This document shows, in pieces, positions 24,113 through 33,677 of a DNA stretch of 64,000 nt (the first letter of the stretch is position 1; each line of letters begins with the position of its first letter). The translations under genes and the position numbers were made by a program. The notes beneath the pieces were generated by a model. The model was given only the letters and a program-made list of their open reading frames with translations, was not told where the DNA came from and searched no databases. The DNA is taken from positions 459-64,458 of the forward strand of contig JASJXX010000002.1 in NCBI GenBank assembly GCA_030123765.1, read 5' to 3'. The DNA comes from Actinomycetota bacterium. GTDB taxonomy: Bacteria > Actinomycetota > Acidimicrobiia > Spongiisociales > UBA5794.

Positions 24113-25768
24113 TCAGTCGGAGACGTCAATGTCGACCTTGGCGAAGAGAGGCCCAAGGTCGCCGAGCGTCATTCCAGGGGCGATCTCCGGGACCTCCCAC
24201 GCGGGCACTCGACCGGTCACCGGCGCACCGAGCGCTGCAAGTACCCGACGCGAGGTCGCCGGCAGATACGGCGAGAGCGCCACCGCCACAGCTCCGATCG
24301 TCTGGAGCGCCACCCACAGCGTCGTGCCGGTTCGCTCCATGTCGGTCTTGGCTGTCTTCCATGGCGCCATCTCGTTGAGATAGACATTGGCTTCCTGGGC
24401 GCCCGACATGGCCCGTTCGAGCCCTGCACGGAGCTTTACCAAGTACAGAAGGTCTCCTACATCACGTAGCGTCGCCGTGCGACCCGCAAGCGCACGCTCA
24501 TCCGTCGCTGCAAGGTCCGCGGGTGCCTGGACGACACCGTCAAAGTACCTGTTCACCATCGAGACAACCCGGTTGACGAGGTTCCCCCACGTCGCCACTA
24601 GCTCGTCATTGATCCTGCGCACGATCTCATCGTCGGAGAGCTCACTGTCGTCTGATTCGGGGAATGACCTCGCAAGGGCGTAGCGGAGCGCGTCTGGCTC
24701 AAAGTGGTCCAGATACCATCTAAGCGATGCTCCCACTCCTCGTGACTTCGATGCTTTCTCTCCGCCGAAGGTGACGAACTGATTCGCGGGAACGTTCGTC
24801 GGCAGATTCAGCCCTCCATGGCCCATGAGGAGTGCCGGCCAGTACACCGCGTGGAACGGGATGTTGTCCTTGCCGACGAAGTAGTAGCTCTCTGCGTCCG
24901 GATCCTCCCACCAGGCCTTCCAAGCATCCGGCGTACCCTGCTGCTCGGCCCACTCCTGGGGCGCCGACAGATACCCCATGACGGCCTCCCACCACACGTA
25001 TATCGACTTTCCCGGACCGAGGTCGTCGACGGGGACCGGGATCCCCCAGTCGAGATCTCGGGTGAAGGCTCGGTCGTGCAGACCGCCCTCGACCATGCCG
25101 ATGGCGAAGTTGACGACGTGGGGCCGCCAGCCATCGCGGGACGTGAGCCACTCGAGCAACGGCTCATTGAAGGCGCTCAGCCTCCAGTAGAAGTGCTCGG
25201 TCTCCTTGAGCACCGGGGATGACCCCGAGAGCTTGGAACGGGGCTCAAGCAACTCCGTCGGGTCGAGCGTCTTTCCACAGTCGTCACACTGGTCGCCCCG
25301 GGCGTCAACATACCCACAGTGGGGACACGTCCCCTCGACATACCGGTCGGGGAGGAACCGCCCAGCTGTCTCGTCGAAGTACTGCTCAGAGGTCTCCGTG
25401 TAGAGGTATCCGTTCTCGAGCAGCTTGAGGAAGAAGGCCTGGACGACCCTCTTGTGCGTCTCGGTCCCTGTCGTAGTGAAGAGGTCGAAGTCGATTTCGA
25501 GATCACGCCAGTAGGAGAGGAACTCGGAGTGGTACTTGTCGACGATCTCTCTCGGTGTCACGCCGAGCTCGTCAGCCTTGACCGTGATCGGCGTCCCATG
25601 GATGTCCGATCCCGAGACCATCAGCACGTCGTCACCGACGGAGCGCCGGAATCTCGCGTAGATGTCCGGTGGCAGGTACGCGCCACCTATATGTCCAAGA
25701 TGGAGCGAGCCCGTGGCGTACGGCCATCCCACCGCTACAAGAACCTTCTTCGGCTGTGTGTCAGTCAT
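24113..25768 (-). CDS. metG: Methionine--tRNA ligase
   Basis: It has the HIGH motif SLHLGHI, the zinc knuckles CPHCGY...CDDCG, and the KMSKS-type GEKASKSRG. The start is ATG 25768 (MTDTQPKKVLV). Confidence 0.95.
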   Translation of the reverse strand: MTDTQPKKVLVAVGWPYATGSLHLGHIGGAYLPPDIYARFRRSVGDDVLMVSGSDIHGTPITVKADELGVTPREIVDKYHSEFLSYWRDLEIDFDLFTTTGTETHKRVVQAFFLKLLENGYLYTETSEQYFDETAGRFLPDRYVEGTCPHCGYVDARGDQCDDCGKTLDPTELLEPRSKLSGSSPVLKETEHFYWRLSAFNEPLLEWLTSRDGWRPHVVNFAIGMVEGGLHDRAFTRDLDWGIPVPVDDLGPGKSIYVWWEAVMGYLSAPQEWAEQQGTPDAWKAWWEDPDAESYYFVGKDNIPFHAVYWPALLMGHGGLNLPTNVPANQFVTFGGEKASKSRGVGASLRWYLDHFEPDALRYALARSFPESDDSELSDDEIVRRINDELVATWGNLVNRVVSMVNRYFDGVVQAPADLAATDERALAGRTATLRDVGDLLYLVKLRAGLERAMSGAQEANVYLNEMAPWKTAKTDMERTGTTLWVALQTIGAVAVALSPYLPATSRRVLAALGAPVTGRVPAWEVPEIAPGMTLGDLGPLFAKVDIDVSD

Positions 25769-25896
25769 GGCGTCGATGCTACCTCTCCGTCGGCGATCGC
25801 CATCCACCGGCGTCCGTTGCCGGTGAAGTGGCGGTAGCATGATGGGGTCGGCGCCAGGCCGACATTGACGACGGAGGTCCGGCTTTGGACACACTC

Positions 25897-26124
25897 ATGG
25901 TCAGAAAGATCGATGATCTTGGGAGGGTCGTCGTTCCGGCGGAGACCCGCCGACTGTTCAACATCCATGAGGGGGATGAGCTCGCCATAACCGTGGAGAA
26001 CGGCGGCATCGTGCTCCGTAGGCTCGACGCTCTCTGCGTGTTCTGCGGAGAAGCTGAAGACATCGCACCTTTCGAGGGTCGGGGCGTCTGTAAGCCATGT
26101 CGAGACAGGATCGCTGCGCTCTAG
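25897..26124 (+). CDS. AbrB/MazE/SpoVT-family DNA-binding protein with C-terminal CxxC...CxxC
   Basis: It has the swapped-hairpin motif MVRKIDDLGRVVVPAETRRLFNIHEGDEL and the C-terminal CVFCGEAEDIAPFEGRGVCKPC. Confidence 0.75.
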   Translation: MVRKIDDLGRVVVPAETRRLFNIHEGDELAITVENGGIVLRRLDALCVFCGEAEDIAPFEGRGVCKPCRDRIAAL

Positions 26125-26951
26125 GACCGGCCTTTGATGACGACGTCGTAGAGTTCCCGCCGGCTCACACCGGTCCTTACGGCGACCCTTCGTACCGCAT
26201 CTGATGCGCTCAGGCCCTCTTCGATCAGGCGCTTCGCCGCTTCTAACGCTCCCGCGACGTCTGGCTCGGGTTGGGGGGAACCTTCGATCACCAGTGTGAT
26301 CTCCCCCCGGATGTTCTCTCTCTCTCCCCAGTGCCGGGCTGCCTCGTGCAGAGTTCCGCGCCATACCTCCTCGTGCAGCTTCGTGAGCTCCCTGGCGACA
26401 ACGACTCTCCGGCCCGGTTCTGACTGCTCGCCGAGCTCGGCAAGGTCCTTCACGACGCGGCTTGGTGCACAGAAGAGCACCGTCGTCCGCTCCTCCCTCG
26501 CGATCGCGCTGAGGACCGCTGATCGGGATCTCCCCCGCCGCGGCATGAAGCCCTCGAATACGAACCGGTCACCGTTGAACCCGGAGAGCGCGACAGCCGT
26601 CACGACGGCAGAGGGGCCAGGGATCGCGGTCACGTCTGCACCTACCTCAAGGGCGGTCTCCACCGCCGACATCCCCGGGTCGGATACGACCGGCATTCCG
26701 GCGTCGCTGACCAACACGACCGAGTCGCCCTTCTCCAGATGCGCCGCAAGCACGTCGAGCCGTGAGCGTTCGTTGTGGGCGAAGAAGCTCTTCATCGGGA
26801 CTGAGGCACCGATGTGGTTCAGTAGTCTCCCCGTTCTCCTCGTGTCCTCAGCAAAGATCACATCGGCTCCCCGGAGGGCAGCCGCCGCGCGATCAGAGAG
26901 GTCCCCGAGGTTCCCGATCGGCGTCGCACAGAGGATCAGTGTTCCCGACAT
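26121..26951 (-). CDS. rsmI: 16S rRNA (cytidine1402-2'-O)-methyltransferase
   Basis: It has GTLILCATPIGNLGDLS and a tetrapyrrole-methylase fold. The start is ATG 26951. Confidence 0.9.
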   Translation of the reverse strand: MSGTLILCATPIGNLGDLSDRAAAALRGADVIFAEDTRRTGRLLNHIGASVPMKSFFAHNERSRLDVLAAHLEKGDSVVLVSDAGMPVVSDPGMSAVETALEVGADVTAIPGPSAVVTAVALSGFNGDRFVFEGFMPRRGRSRSAVLSAIAREERTTVLFCAPSRVVKDLAELGEQSEPGRRVVVARELTKLHEEVWRGTLHEAARHWGERENIRGEITLVIEGSPQPEPDVAGALEAAKRLIEEGLSASDAVRRVAVRTGVSRRELYDVVIKGRS

Positions 26952-27303
26952 CGATCGACATAGTAGATGCCATGATCTGCGTCCCCGGCAGAGGGAGAGA
27001 CCCCGTCGATCGGTACTCGACAACCCAGCGGGTCGTGCGGAAGATCAGGAGCCTCCAAGGGGGCAGCACACGACACGACTGCACAACGCCGGTCTCGCTG
27101 AGCTCAACGACCGCTATGGGGGAGCTGAGGGTGAAGGTGTGGATCGACTTCGTCAACAGCATCACAGGCGATCCATGGGATCCCCTGATGCCCGAGAGCC
27201 TTGCGCGGGGTGTCCTGAGGATCTGCACGTGGGCGAGACACCATCCGCGGCCAGAGAGGCGGATTCGGCGGTACATCAAGGCGCCTGGTACGCTTGGCGC
27301 ACT

Positions 27304-27387
27304 ATGGCAAAGGCAAAACGACGCAAACTCCGCGCTCGCCGCTCGAAGGCGAACCACGGCCGCAAGCCCAACGCTGGCCGCGGCTGA
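27304..27387 (+). CDS. Candidate 50S ribosomal protein bL37 (27 aa)
   Basis: An ATG...TGA ORF encodes MAKAKRRKLRARRSKANHGRKPNAGRG. The basic peptide with the ANHG(K/R)(R/K)PN signature resembles the actinobacterial bL37 mini-protein as I recall it. In the track it is hidden in the tail of a 363-aa antisense ORF. Confidence 0.55.
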   Translation: MAKAKRRKLRARRSKANHGRKPNAGRG

Positions 27388-27473
27388 TCAGCTAACGCGT
27401 CCCTTCCGTTCTCCGTGTTCTGGTTCACACAACCTGTGTACACCGCGCGGGGTTCGATGGGAAGGGGCTTCTC

Positions 27474-28901
27474 TCAGACACCGAGCTGCTCACGGAGCGA
27501 GACGCCCGCCATCGGATCGGTTGACGCCACGAAATAGATCCTCTCGTCGACCCGGTCGATGAATACATAGGTGGACTCCCCGTCGAACAGGAGGCCTCCC
27601 CCGGACTCCTGAGGTGCACCGGCGTTCATTGAACTTCTCACATGCGCGATCAGAGCGGTGGCCAGATCTTCAGCGTCCTGGATCGTCTCTCCTTCATACA
27701 CCCACGCGATGGCTGCGTCATCACCGCTGAGGAATGCCCTGTAGCGGTCGTTCCCCCACCCTGCTGCGGCCTGAGTCGCCTTCCCCGGTCGGGTCGATCC
27801 GATGAGCAGCATTCGGATTCCCCACTCTCCGAACGTGCCTTCGTCGAACAGTTCCCACCCCTCGAGTGTCGCTTTGAGCGGCGCGAGCTCGGTCGGCCGC
27901 TCGAAACGCAGGTACTTGTGCGGATGCAAGATCTGCTCGCTTGAGATCGGAGGACGCAGATAAGCCTCGTCGATGCCTCTGAGGCCGTTCTCGTTGATGA
28001 GGAAACCTGCGAACGCGAGGCCCTGCTCGTAAGGGAACGCGAGTTCCTGCTTGATCCAGGCGGGGGCGCTGTCGTACACGGTCGTGTCGAACGAGAGTGA
28101 TTCGAGAACCGCCTCAGCCGCTTCACCCGGATCCATCGACTCGAGGTACAGGAACTGCTGGTACGTCGCGTCCCCCTCCACCAGTGCGAGAAGGCTCGAC
28201 GCATCGTCCCCGCTGCTGTCTTCGATCCGTGCTTCGTACACGTCGTTGAAGTCGAAGTGCTGGTCGGTGAGGGCGTGGATGAGTTCGTGAACGATGACCA
28301 CTCTCTGCAGCGGTGTGATGCCGTCCCCGGAGACAGATATGACGAGTTCCTCCGAGTCGGGGTCGTAGAATCCGGCTACCTGTTCGGTGAAGAGCTCAAT
28401 GAGAAATTCGTACAGGTCAATGCTTCCGTCAAGCATGCCGAGCAGCTCGAATATCGCTTGATCTCCTGCGAGCTCGACGGGGTCGAGGTCCTCCTCCATG
28501 GAGGTGCGCACCCGTGCAGCAAAGTCTGTCTCGTCGAGAATCGTGACGGTCGGGATCCTGAGGTACGGCAGGCGTCGCGCTTCTTCCACCTCAAGTACGA
28601 GCATGCCGATCTCGTGACGCAGAGCTTGCGCCACCTCCTGAGAGATCGACGGCGAAGTCGCCCCCGGGATCGATCCAGGCGGAATCGAGGTGAGCAGCGT
28701 CGTCGTCGTGACGACGGGGGCCGTCGTCGTGGCGCCGCCGGTGGCGGTCGTTGGTTCGCTGACCCCCGATTCACACGCGGCACCAACGAGGACAAGAACG
28801 AGCGCTACGACGAGCAGACGAAGAGCTCGTGGCGTACGTGAACGGGTCGGCACAACCGCAAGGGTAACCCGCCTCCCGCGAAGCGGAGTCCCCGTCAGCA
28901 T
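27474..28901 (-). CDS. Secreted lipoprotein with HExxH zinc-metallopeptidase motif
   Basis: It has the lipobox LVLVGAACES after a basic n-region, a Thr/Pro-rich linker, then VIVHELIHALTDQH and a downstream EGDATY. The start ATG 28901 was chosen; the track ORF is 136 codons longer. Confidence 0.65.
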   Translation of the reverse strand: MLTGTPLRGRRVTLAVVPTRSRTPRALRLLVVALVLVLVGAACESGVSEPTTATGGATTTAPVVTTTTLLTSIPPGSIPGATSPSISQEVAQALRHEIGMLVLEVEEARRLPYLRIPTVTILDETDFAARVRTSMEEDLDPVELAGDQAIFELLGMLDGSIDLYEFLIELFTEQVAGFYDPDSEELVISVSGDGITPLQRVVIVHELIHALTDQHFDFNDVYEARIEDSSGDDASSLLALVEGDATYQQFLYLESMDPGEAAEAVLESLSFDTTVYDSAPAWIKQELAFPYEQGLAFAGFLINENGLRGIDEAYLRPPISSEQILHPHKYLRFERPTELAPLKATLEGWELFDEGTFGEWGIRMLLIGSTRPGKATQAAAGWGNDRYRAFLSGDDAAIAWVYEGETIQDAEDLATALIAHVRSSMNAGAPQESGGGLLFDGESTYVFIDRVDERIYFVASTDPMAGVSLREQLGV

Positions 28902-28949
28902 CGTCGATCGATCACTGTCTACTATCGGGGCCAAACGAAGGAGTGCAGA

Positions 28950-30692
28950 GTGGCGAAGACGACGGGTGGCGGCCTGGTCGCACAGATGCTCGCCGCAGAA
29001 GGCGTCGACACGGTGTTCGGACTGCCCGATGGGACGTACCAGGGCCTCATCGCGGGGATGGCAGACCGAGGAGTCAATCTCGTCACAACACGCCACGAGT
29101 CCTCTGCACTCCACGCAGCAGGTGCGTATGCCCGACTGACGGGGAGGCTCGGCGTGGCGATCGCCTCGAACGGCCCCGGGGTAGCGAACGCACTCCCGGG
29201 CGTCGCCGTGGAGAGTGCTGAAGGCAACCGGCTGCTGCTGATCACCTCGTCCCGAAGACCAGGGATCGGAAACCCGGATCGCGGGGGAACGTATCAGTAC
29301 TTTGACCACGTCGCCGTGATCTCCCCGATGGCGAAGTGGTCAGCAACTGCCGGATCAGCAGACCGCATACCTGAGCTCATGCGCACAGCACTTCGGATGT
29401 CGTTCACCGGGAGGCCCGGGGTAGTGCATCTCGACATCCCCGAGTCAGTGATGAATGGCAGAACGAAGGAGATCTCCTCAGGGCTCCCGGCCTCCTACCG
29501 GCGAGTCGAACCTATCGAACCGGCATCAGGTGATGTGAGGAGAGCCGCGAGCCTGCTCGCGAGCGCCAGGTTGCCGGTCATCCACGCCGGGGGAGGCGTC
29601 ATCCACGCCGGTGCGTTCGATGCCCTCGCTGCGGTCGCACGAAAGCTCAGCGCCCCTGTGACAACATCCTGGTCGGGGGCAGGCTCACTCCCCCACACGG
29701 ATCCCCTCGTCTGGCCGATCTCGTCGATCGAGGGCACAAGCGAGGTGCGCAGAGCTGCCGACGTACTGCTCCTCCTCGGGAGCCGGATCGGTGAGACCGA
29801 CTGGTGGGGGAGAGTCCCGAACTGGAACACGACCGCAGAGGTGATCCACGTCGACATCGATCCGACGGTTCTCGGGATGAACAAGCCTGTCGACCTCCCG
29901 ATCGTCGGTGACGTCGGCGTCTTCCTCGAAGCGCTCTCCGCCCTGCTCTCCGAAATGGATGATGCCCCCGCTGAACGGGTCGCTGCCGTACGTGCTCTGC
30001 AGCGCTCTCGCGATGAACATGCGACGAAGCTGAGGAAGCATCTGGCCGACGACTCCGATCCGATGGTAACCGCCCACGTCCCTTCCATCGCGAGACAGAT
30101 CTTTGATGACGACGCGATCCTCATCGTGGATGGCGGCAACACAGCCGTGTGGTGTGCGTTCTTCTGGACGATCACCCGCCCGAACACGACACTCGGGACT
30201 CCCCACATGGGCCACCTCGGTGCTGGAGTTGGCCAGGCACTCGGTGCAGCTGAAGCTCACCCGGGTCGACAAGTCGTGTGCATCACGGGTGACGGCGCAT
30301 TCGGGATGCATCCCCAAGAGATCGAGACCGCGGTACGAAACGGCTATCGGATCGTCTTCATCGTGGTCGCGGACAGACAGTGGGGCATGGTGAAGATGAC
30401 GCAGTCCGTTGCAGTACGCCCGGTCAAGATGATGATCAAGAAATCCCTCGACGAGAGCGAGACGTTCAACGCCGACCTCCGCGAGATCGACTACGCGATG
30501 CTCGCCCGGTCAATGGGCGGACACGGCGAGCGTGTGTCCGCTCCAGGCGATCTGGCTGGAGCCATCGAGCGGAGCCTTGCGTCAGAGACGACGGCGGTCA
30601 TCCACGTCGATGTTGACCCCGTGAAGAACATGTGGGCACCTGGGCTGCTCCACTTCAAGAAGATGCACCAAGAGCCAGGAGGAGAAGCCTGA
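28950..30692 (+). CDS. Thiamine-pyrophosphate-dependent enzyme (acetolactate synthase large-subunit family)
   Basis: It has the N-terminal Pyr domain GGLVAQMLAAEGVDTVFGLPDG and the TPP motif ITGDGAFGM...VVADRQWG. It is 580 aa. Confidence 0.85.
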   Translation: MAKTTGGGLVAQMLAAEGVDTVFGLPDGTYQGLIAGMADRGVNLVTTRHESSALHAAGAYARLTGRLGVAIASNGPGVANALPGVAVESAEGNRLLLITSSRRPGIGNPDRGGTYQYFDHVAVISPMAKWSATAGSADRIPELMRTALRMSFTGRPGVVHLDIPESVMNGRTKEISSGLPASYRRVEPIEPASGDVRRAASLLASARLPVIHAGGGVIHAGAFDALAAVARKLSAPVTTSWSGAGSLPHTDPLVWPISSIEGTSEVRRAADVLLLLGSRIGETDWWGRVPNWNTTAEVIHVDIDPTVLGMNKPVDLPIVGDVGVFLEALSALLSEMDDAPAERVAAVRALQRSRDEHATKLRKHLADDSDPMVTAHVPSIARQIFDDDAILIVDGGNTAVWCAFFWTITRPNTTLGTPHMGHLGAGVGQALGAAEAHPGRQVVCITGDGAFGMHPQEIETAVRNGYRIVFIVVADRQWGMVKMTQSVAVRPVKMMIKKSLDESETFNADLREIDYAMLARSMGGHGERVSAPGDLAGAIERSLASETTAVIHVDVDPVKNMWAPGLLHFKKMHQEPGGEA

Positions 30693-31609
30693 TGGGCGTA
30701 GATCATGTGGTACTGAATTTCGATGAGAGTTCGCTCATCGCGCTCAACGTGCTCATCGGCCTGATGATGTTCGGCATGGCCCTAGGAATCGAGACCAAGG
30801 ACTTCCGGGCGCTCACGAAGTCCCCGAAACCTGCAGCGATCGGACTCACGGCGCAATTCATCCTTCTCCCGTTCGCGACCTTCCTGCTCACGCTCGTTCT
30901 CGATCTGACGCCGTCAATCGAGCTCGGCATGATCCTCGTCGCGGCCTGCCCTGGTGGCAACCTCTCGAACGTGATGACCTACCTCGGGCGCGGAAATGCC
31001 CCGCTCTCCGTCGGAATGACGGCAGTCTCCACAGCCGTTGCGGTCGTGATGACCCCCCTCAACTTCTCCGTGTGGGGAAGCCTCAACCCGGCGACGAACG
31101 AACTTCTCACCTCGGTGTCGTTGAACCCGTTCACCCTGTTCGTGACAATTGTCGTCATCCTCGGCCTGCCGCTCGGGGCGGGCATCCTGCTCGCGAAACT
31201 AAAGCCCGCACTCGCGGCAAGGATGGAGAAGCCCTTCAAGATATTCTCGGTGGTGACGTTCGTGCTCTTCGTCCTCCTCGCACTCATCAACAACTGGGGT
31301 ATCTTCGTCGCTCACATCGGGCTGCTCATAGGCATCGTTGCTCTACACAATGCCATCGCACTCGGCCTCGGCAATGCATCTGCGAGGCTCGCAGGGCTCG
31401 CTCCTGAGGATCGACGAGCGGTGACGTTCGAGGTCGGCCTCCAGAACTCCGCGCTGGCGCTCGTGCTCATCTTCACGTTCTTCGCCGGGCTCGGCGGCAT
31501 GGCGCTGATCGCAGCCTGGTGGGGTATCTGGCACATCATCGCTGGCCTCAGTCTCGCCTGGTTCTGGTCCAAGCGACCGATCGATGTGCCTTCCCGCGCG
31601 ACAACATGA
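30692..31609 (+). CDS. Bile acid:sodium symporter (BASS/SBF) family transporter
   Basis: It is a polytopic membrane protein with SBF-like sequence (ACPGGNLSNVMTY). ATG 30692 overlaps the upstream TGA (ATGA) and is preceded by AGGAGGAG. Confidence 0.8.
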   Translation: MGVDHVVLNFDESSLIALNVLIGLMMFGMALGIETKDFRALTKSPKPAAIGLTAQFILLPFATFLLTLVLDLTPSIELGMILVAACPGGNLSNVMTYLGRGNAPLSVGMTAVSTAVAVVMTPLNFSVWGSLNPATNELLTSVSLNPFTLFVTIVVILGLPLGAGILLAKLKPALAARMEKPFKIFSVVTFVLFVLLALINNWGIFVAHIGLLIGIVALHNAIALGLGNASARLAGLAPEDRRAVTFEVGLQNSALALVLIFTFFAGLGGMALIAAWWGIWHIIAGLSLAWFWSKRPIDVPSRATT

Positions 31610-32553
31610 CCACATCCGTTCTCATCACCGGTGGTGGTGGGTACGTCGGGACGCTACTGGGCGCATCTCTGTCCGCGGATGCCGCGAGCCTGACGACGAT
31701 CGTGTCAGCCGACATCAGAGAGCCCGTGGAACGCCTTGCCAGCATCACGTACGTCGTGAGCGACATCCGTCGCCGATCTCTTGTGGACCTTCTCACGGCG
31801 CATGACATCGAGGTAGTGGTGCACCTCGCCGCTGTCGTGTCTCCCGGGAGGAGCCCGGACCGCGACCGCGAGTACTCCATCAACGTTGAGGGAACCCGCA
31901 ACGTACTCGAGTGCTGCCTTGAAGCCGGGGTGAGGAAGATCATCGTGTCCTCATCGGGCGCTGCCTACGGCTACCACGCAGACAATCCCGAATGGATCGA
32001 CGAGGCTGACGCACTGCGAGGAAACTCGGAGTTTGCCTACTCGGACCACAAGCGCCTCGTGGAGGAGATGCTCTTGCAGTGGAGACAGAAGCATCCGCAG
32101 CTCGGCCAGCTCATCTTCCGTCCCGGAACCATTCTCGGCGCGTCGACGCAGAATCAGATCACCGACCTCTTCGATCGCCGCGTGATACTGGGCGTCTCGG
32201 GTTCGCGAACGCCGTTCGTATTCGTCTGGGACCAGGACGTCGTTGGAGCGATCCGTCAGGGAATCCTCACGGAAGCCACCGGCATCTACAACCTTGCCGG
32301 TGACGGCACTCTCACCCTCGTCGAGATCGCGAACCGAATGGGTAAACGGTATATAGCGCTGCCCGGCAGCGTCATCGCTGGTGCACTGTGGCTCCTCCGC
32401 AGCGTCGGCGCCACCCAGTACGGGCCAGAGCAAGTGGACTTTCTTCGCTACCGCCCCGTGCTTGCGAACCGGCGGCTCAAGGAGGAGTTCAACTACACGC
32501 CGGCGAAGACGACCGAGGAGGTGTTCGACCTCTTCTGGAAGGCACGCTCCTAG
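31606..32553 (+). CDS. NAD-dependent epimerase/dehydratase (SDR)
   Basis: It has LITGGGGYVG and SSSGAAYG...YSDHK. There is an ATGA overlap with the transporter gene. Confidence 0.8.
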   Translation: MTTSVLITGGGGYVGTLLGASLSADAASLTTIVSADIREPVERLASITYVVSDIRRRSLVDLLTAHDIEVVVHLAAVVSPGRSPDRDREYSINVEGTRNVLECCLEAGVRKIIVSSSGAAYGYHADNPEWIDEADALRGNSEFAYSDHKRLVEEMLLQWRQKHPQLGQLIFRPGTILGASTQNQITDLFDRRVILGVSGSRTPFVFVWDQDVVGAIRQGILTEATGIYNLAGDGTLTLVEIANRMGKRYIALPGSVIAGALWLLRSVGATQYGPEQVDFLRYRPVLANRRLKEEFNYTPAKTTEEVFDLFWKARS

Positions 32554-33677
32554 GCGATACCGGACAGCATCGATCGCAGAGAGTGCCGGTCGAACCGGCA
32601 GGGGCTGTTGGCGAGGCGGACCCGGCTGACAGCTCCTGCGATCGCATCCTTTGCCTCGCGCGATCCAGCCCCGACCCCTCCAAGCGTCGGTTCGAGCCCG
32701 ACTGCCTCGATGAGGTCGTACAGCTTCGCCCTACCGGCTCCCGGATCACGCACTTTCAGGATGTCGGTGATGTCGGTGACCGTGCTCGCGACGTGCCTGA
32801 CCCCTCGCGGATCGAGAATGTCGCTCTCGTCTACGCCACCGATGTACTCGAGGACACCACCGAGAGTGAGCGCTACAGCGTGTCCGTGCGGTACCCCGTG
32901 GGTAGTCGTGAGATGGAACGACAGGGCATGGGGCGCCGATGTGGGAGCCCGGTTGATAGCAACTCCCGACAGATGGGACGCTTCGAGCATCGCTGCGCGC
33001 GACGGCGGATCCGGTCGGTTCACGACAGCTTCGATGTTGTCTACCGCGAGTTGAAGGGCGCGAGAGGCGGTTCCGATCGACTCCGCGTCAGACCGCACCG
33101 ACCACATCGACTCCATCGCCTGAGCGAGGGCGTCGAGACCCGTAACAGCACTCACATGAGGAGGCAGGGAGTAGCTGAGTTGCGGATCGAGGATGACGTG
33201 AGCAGGGAGGAGAGCATCGTGCCCCACGGGCACCTTCTCACCGTCAACCGTGATGACGGCGTACCTCGTCGCTTCGGACCCCGTACCCGATGTCGTCGGA
33301 ATCGCAACGAGGGGCGCACCCGCGCCGTCGAAGGGCCGCTCGCCAAGAATGTACGCGCGAGCGTCCTGCGAGCGCGGGGCGACCGCGTTGACAACCTTCG
33401 CGAGGTCGATGGTCGACCCACCGCCGACGGCGACGACAAGTTCGGGCTCCGCCGAGCGGTAGCGCGCAATGGCCTCGTTCACGGCATCCAGATCAGGGTT
33501 CGGCGCGATGTTCCGGATGTAGGTGGCCGATCGTGATGTGAGCGCCCTGTCAACCACCGACGCTGCACCGCTCGTCGCATACGACGCGCCACCTGTGAAG
33601 ACGATGACGGAGGCCGGATCGAAGGATTCAATGATGGCGGAGAGGGTGTTGATGCTCCCCGGATCGATGGAATTCAT
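32550..33677 (-). CDS. Iron-containing alcohol dehydrogenase family protein
   Basis: It has the Fe-ADH motif VAVGGGSTIDLAK and His-rich metal-site regions. It is 375 aa. Confidence 0.85.
   Translation of the reverse strand: MNSIDPGSINTLSAIIESFDPASVIVFTGGASYATSGAASVVDRALTSRSATYIRNIAPNPDLDAVNEAIARYRSAEPELVVAVGGGSTIDLAKVVNAVAPRSQDARAYILGERPFDGAGAPLVAIPTTSGTGSEATRYAVITVDGEKVPVGHDALLPAHVILDPQLSYSLPPHVSAVTGLDALAQAMESMWSVRSDAESIGTASRALQLAVDNIEAVVNRPDPPSRAAMLEASHLSGVAINRAPTSAPHALSFHLTTTHGVPHGHAVALTLGGVLEYIGGVDESDILDPRGVRHVASTVTDITDILKVRDPGAGRAKLYDLIEAVGLEPTLGGVGAGSREAKDAIAGAVSRVRLANSPCRFDRHSLRSMLSGIA

Noticed and set aside
26296-27303. A long plus-strand ORF (363 aa in the track, 26296-27387).
   Set aside because: All but the last 27 codons are antisense to rsmI and its upstream spacer and look like Ser/Arg/Pro-rich noise. 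Only the terminal mini-ORF (27304-27387) is kept.
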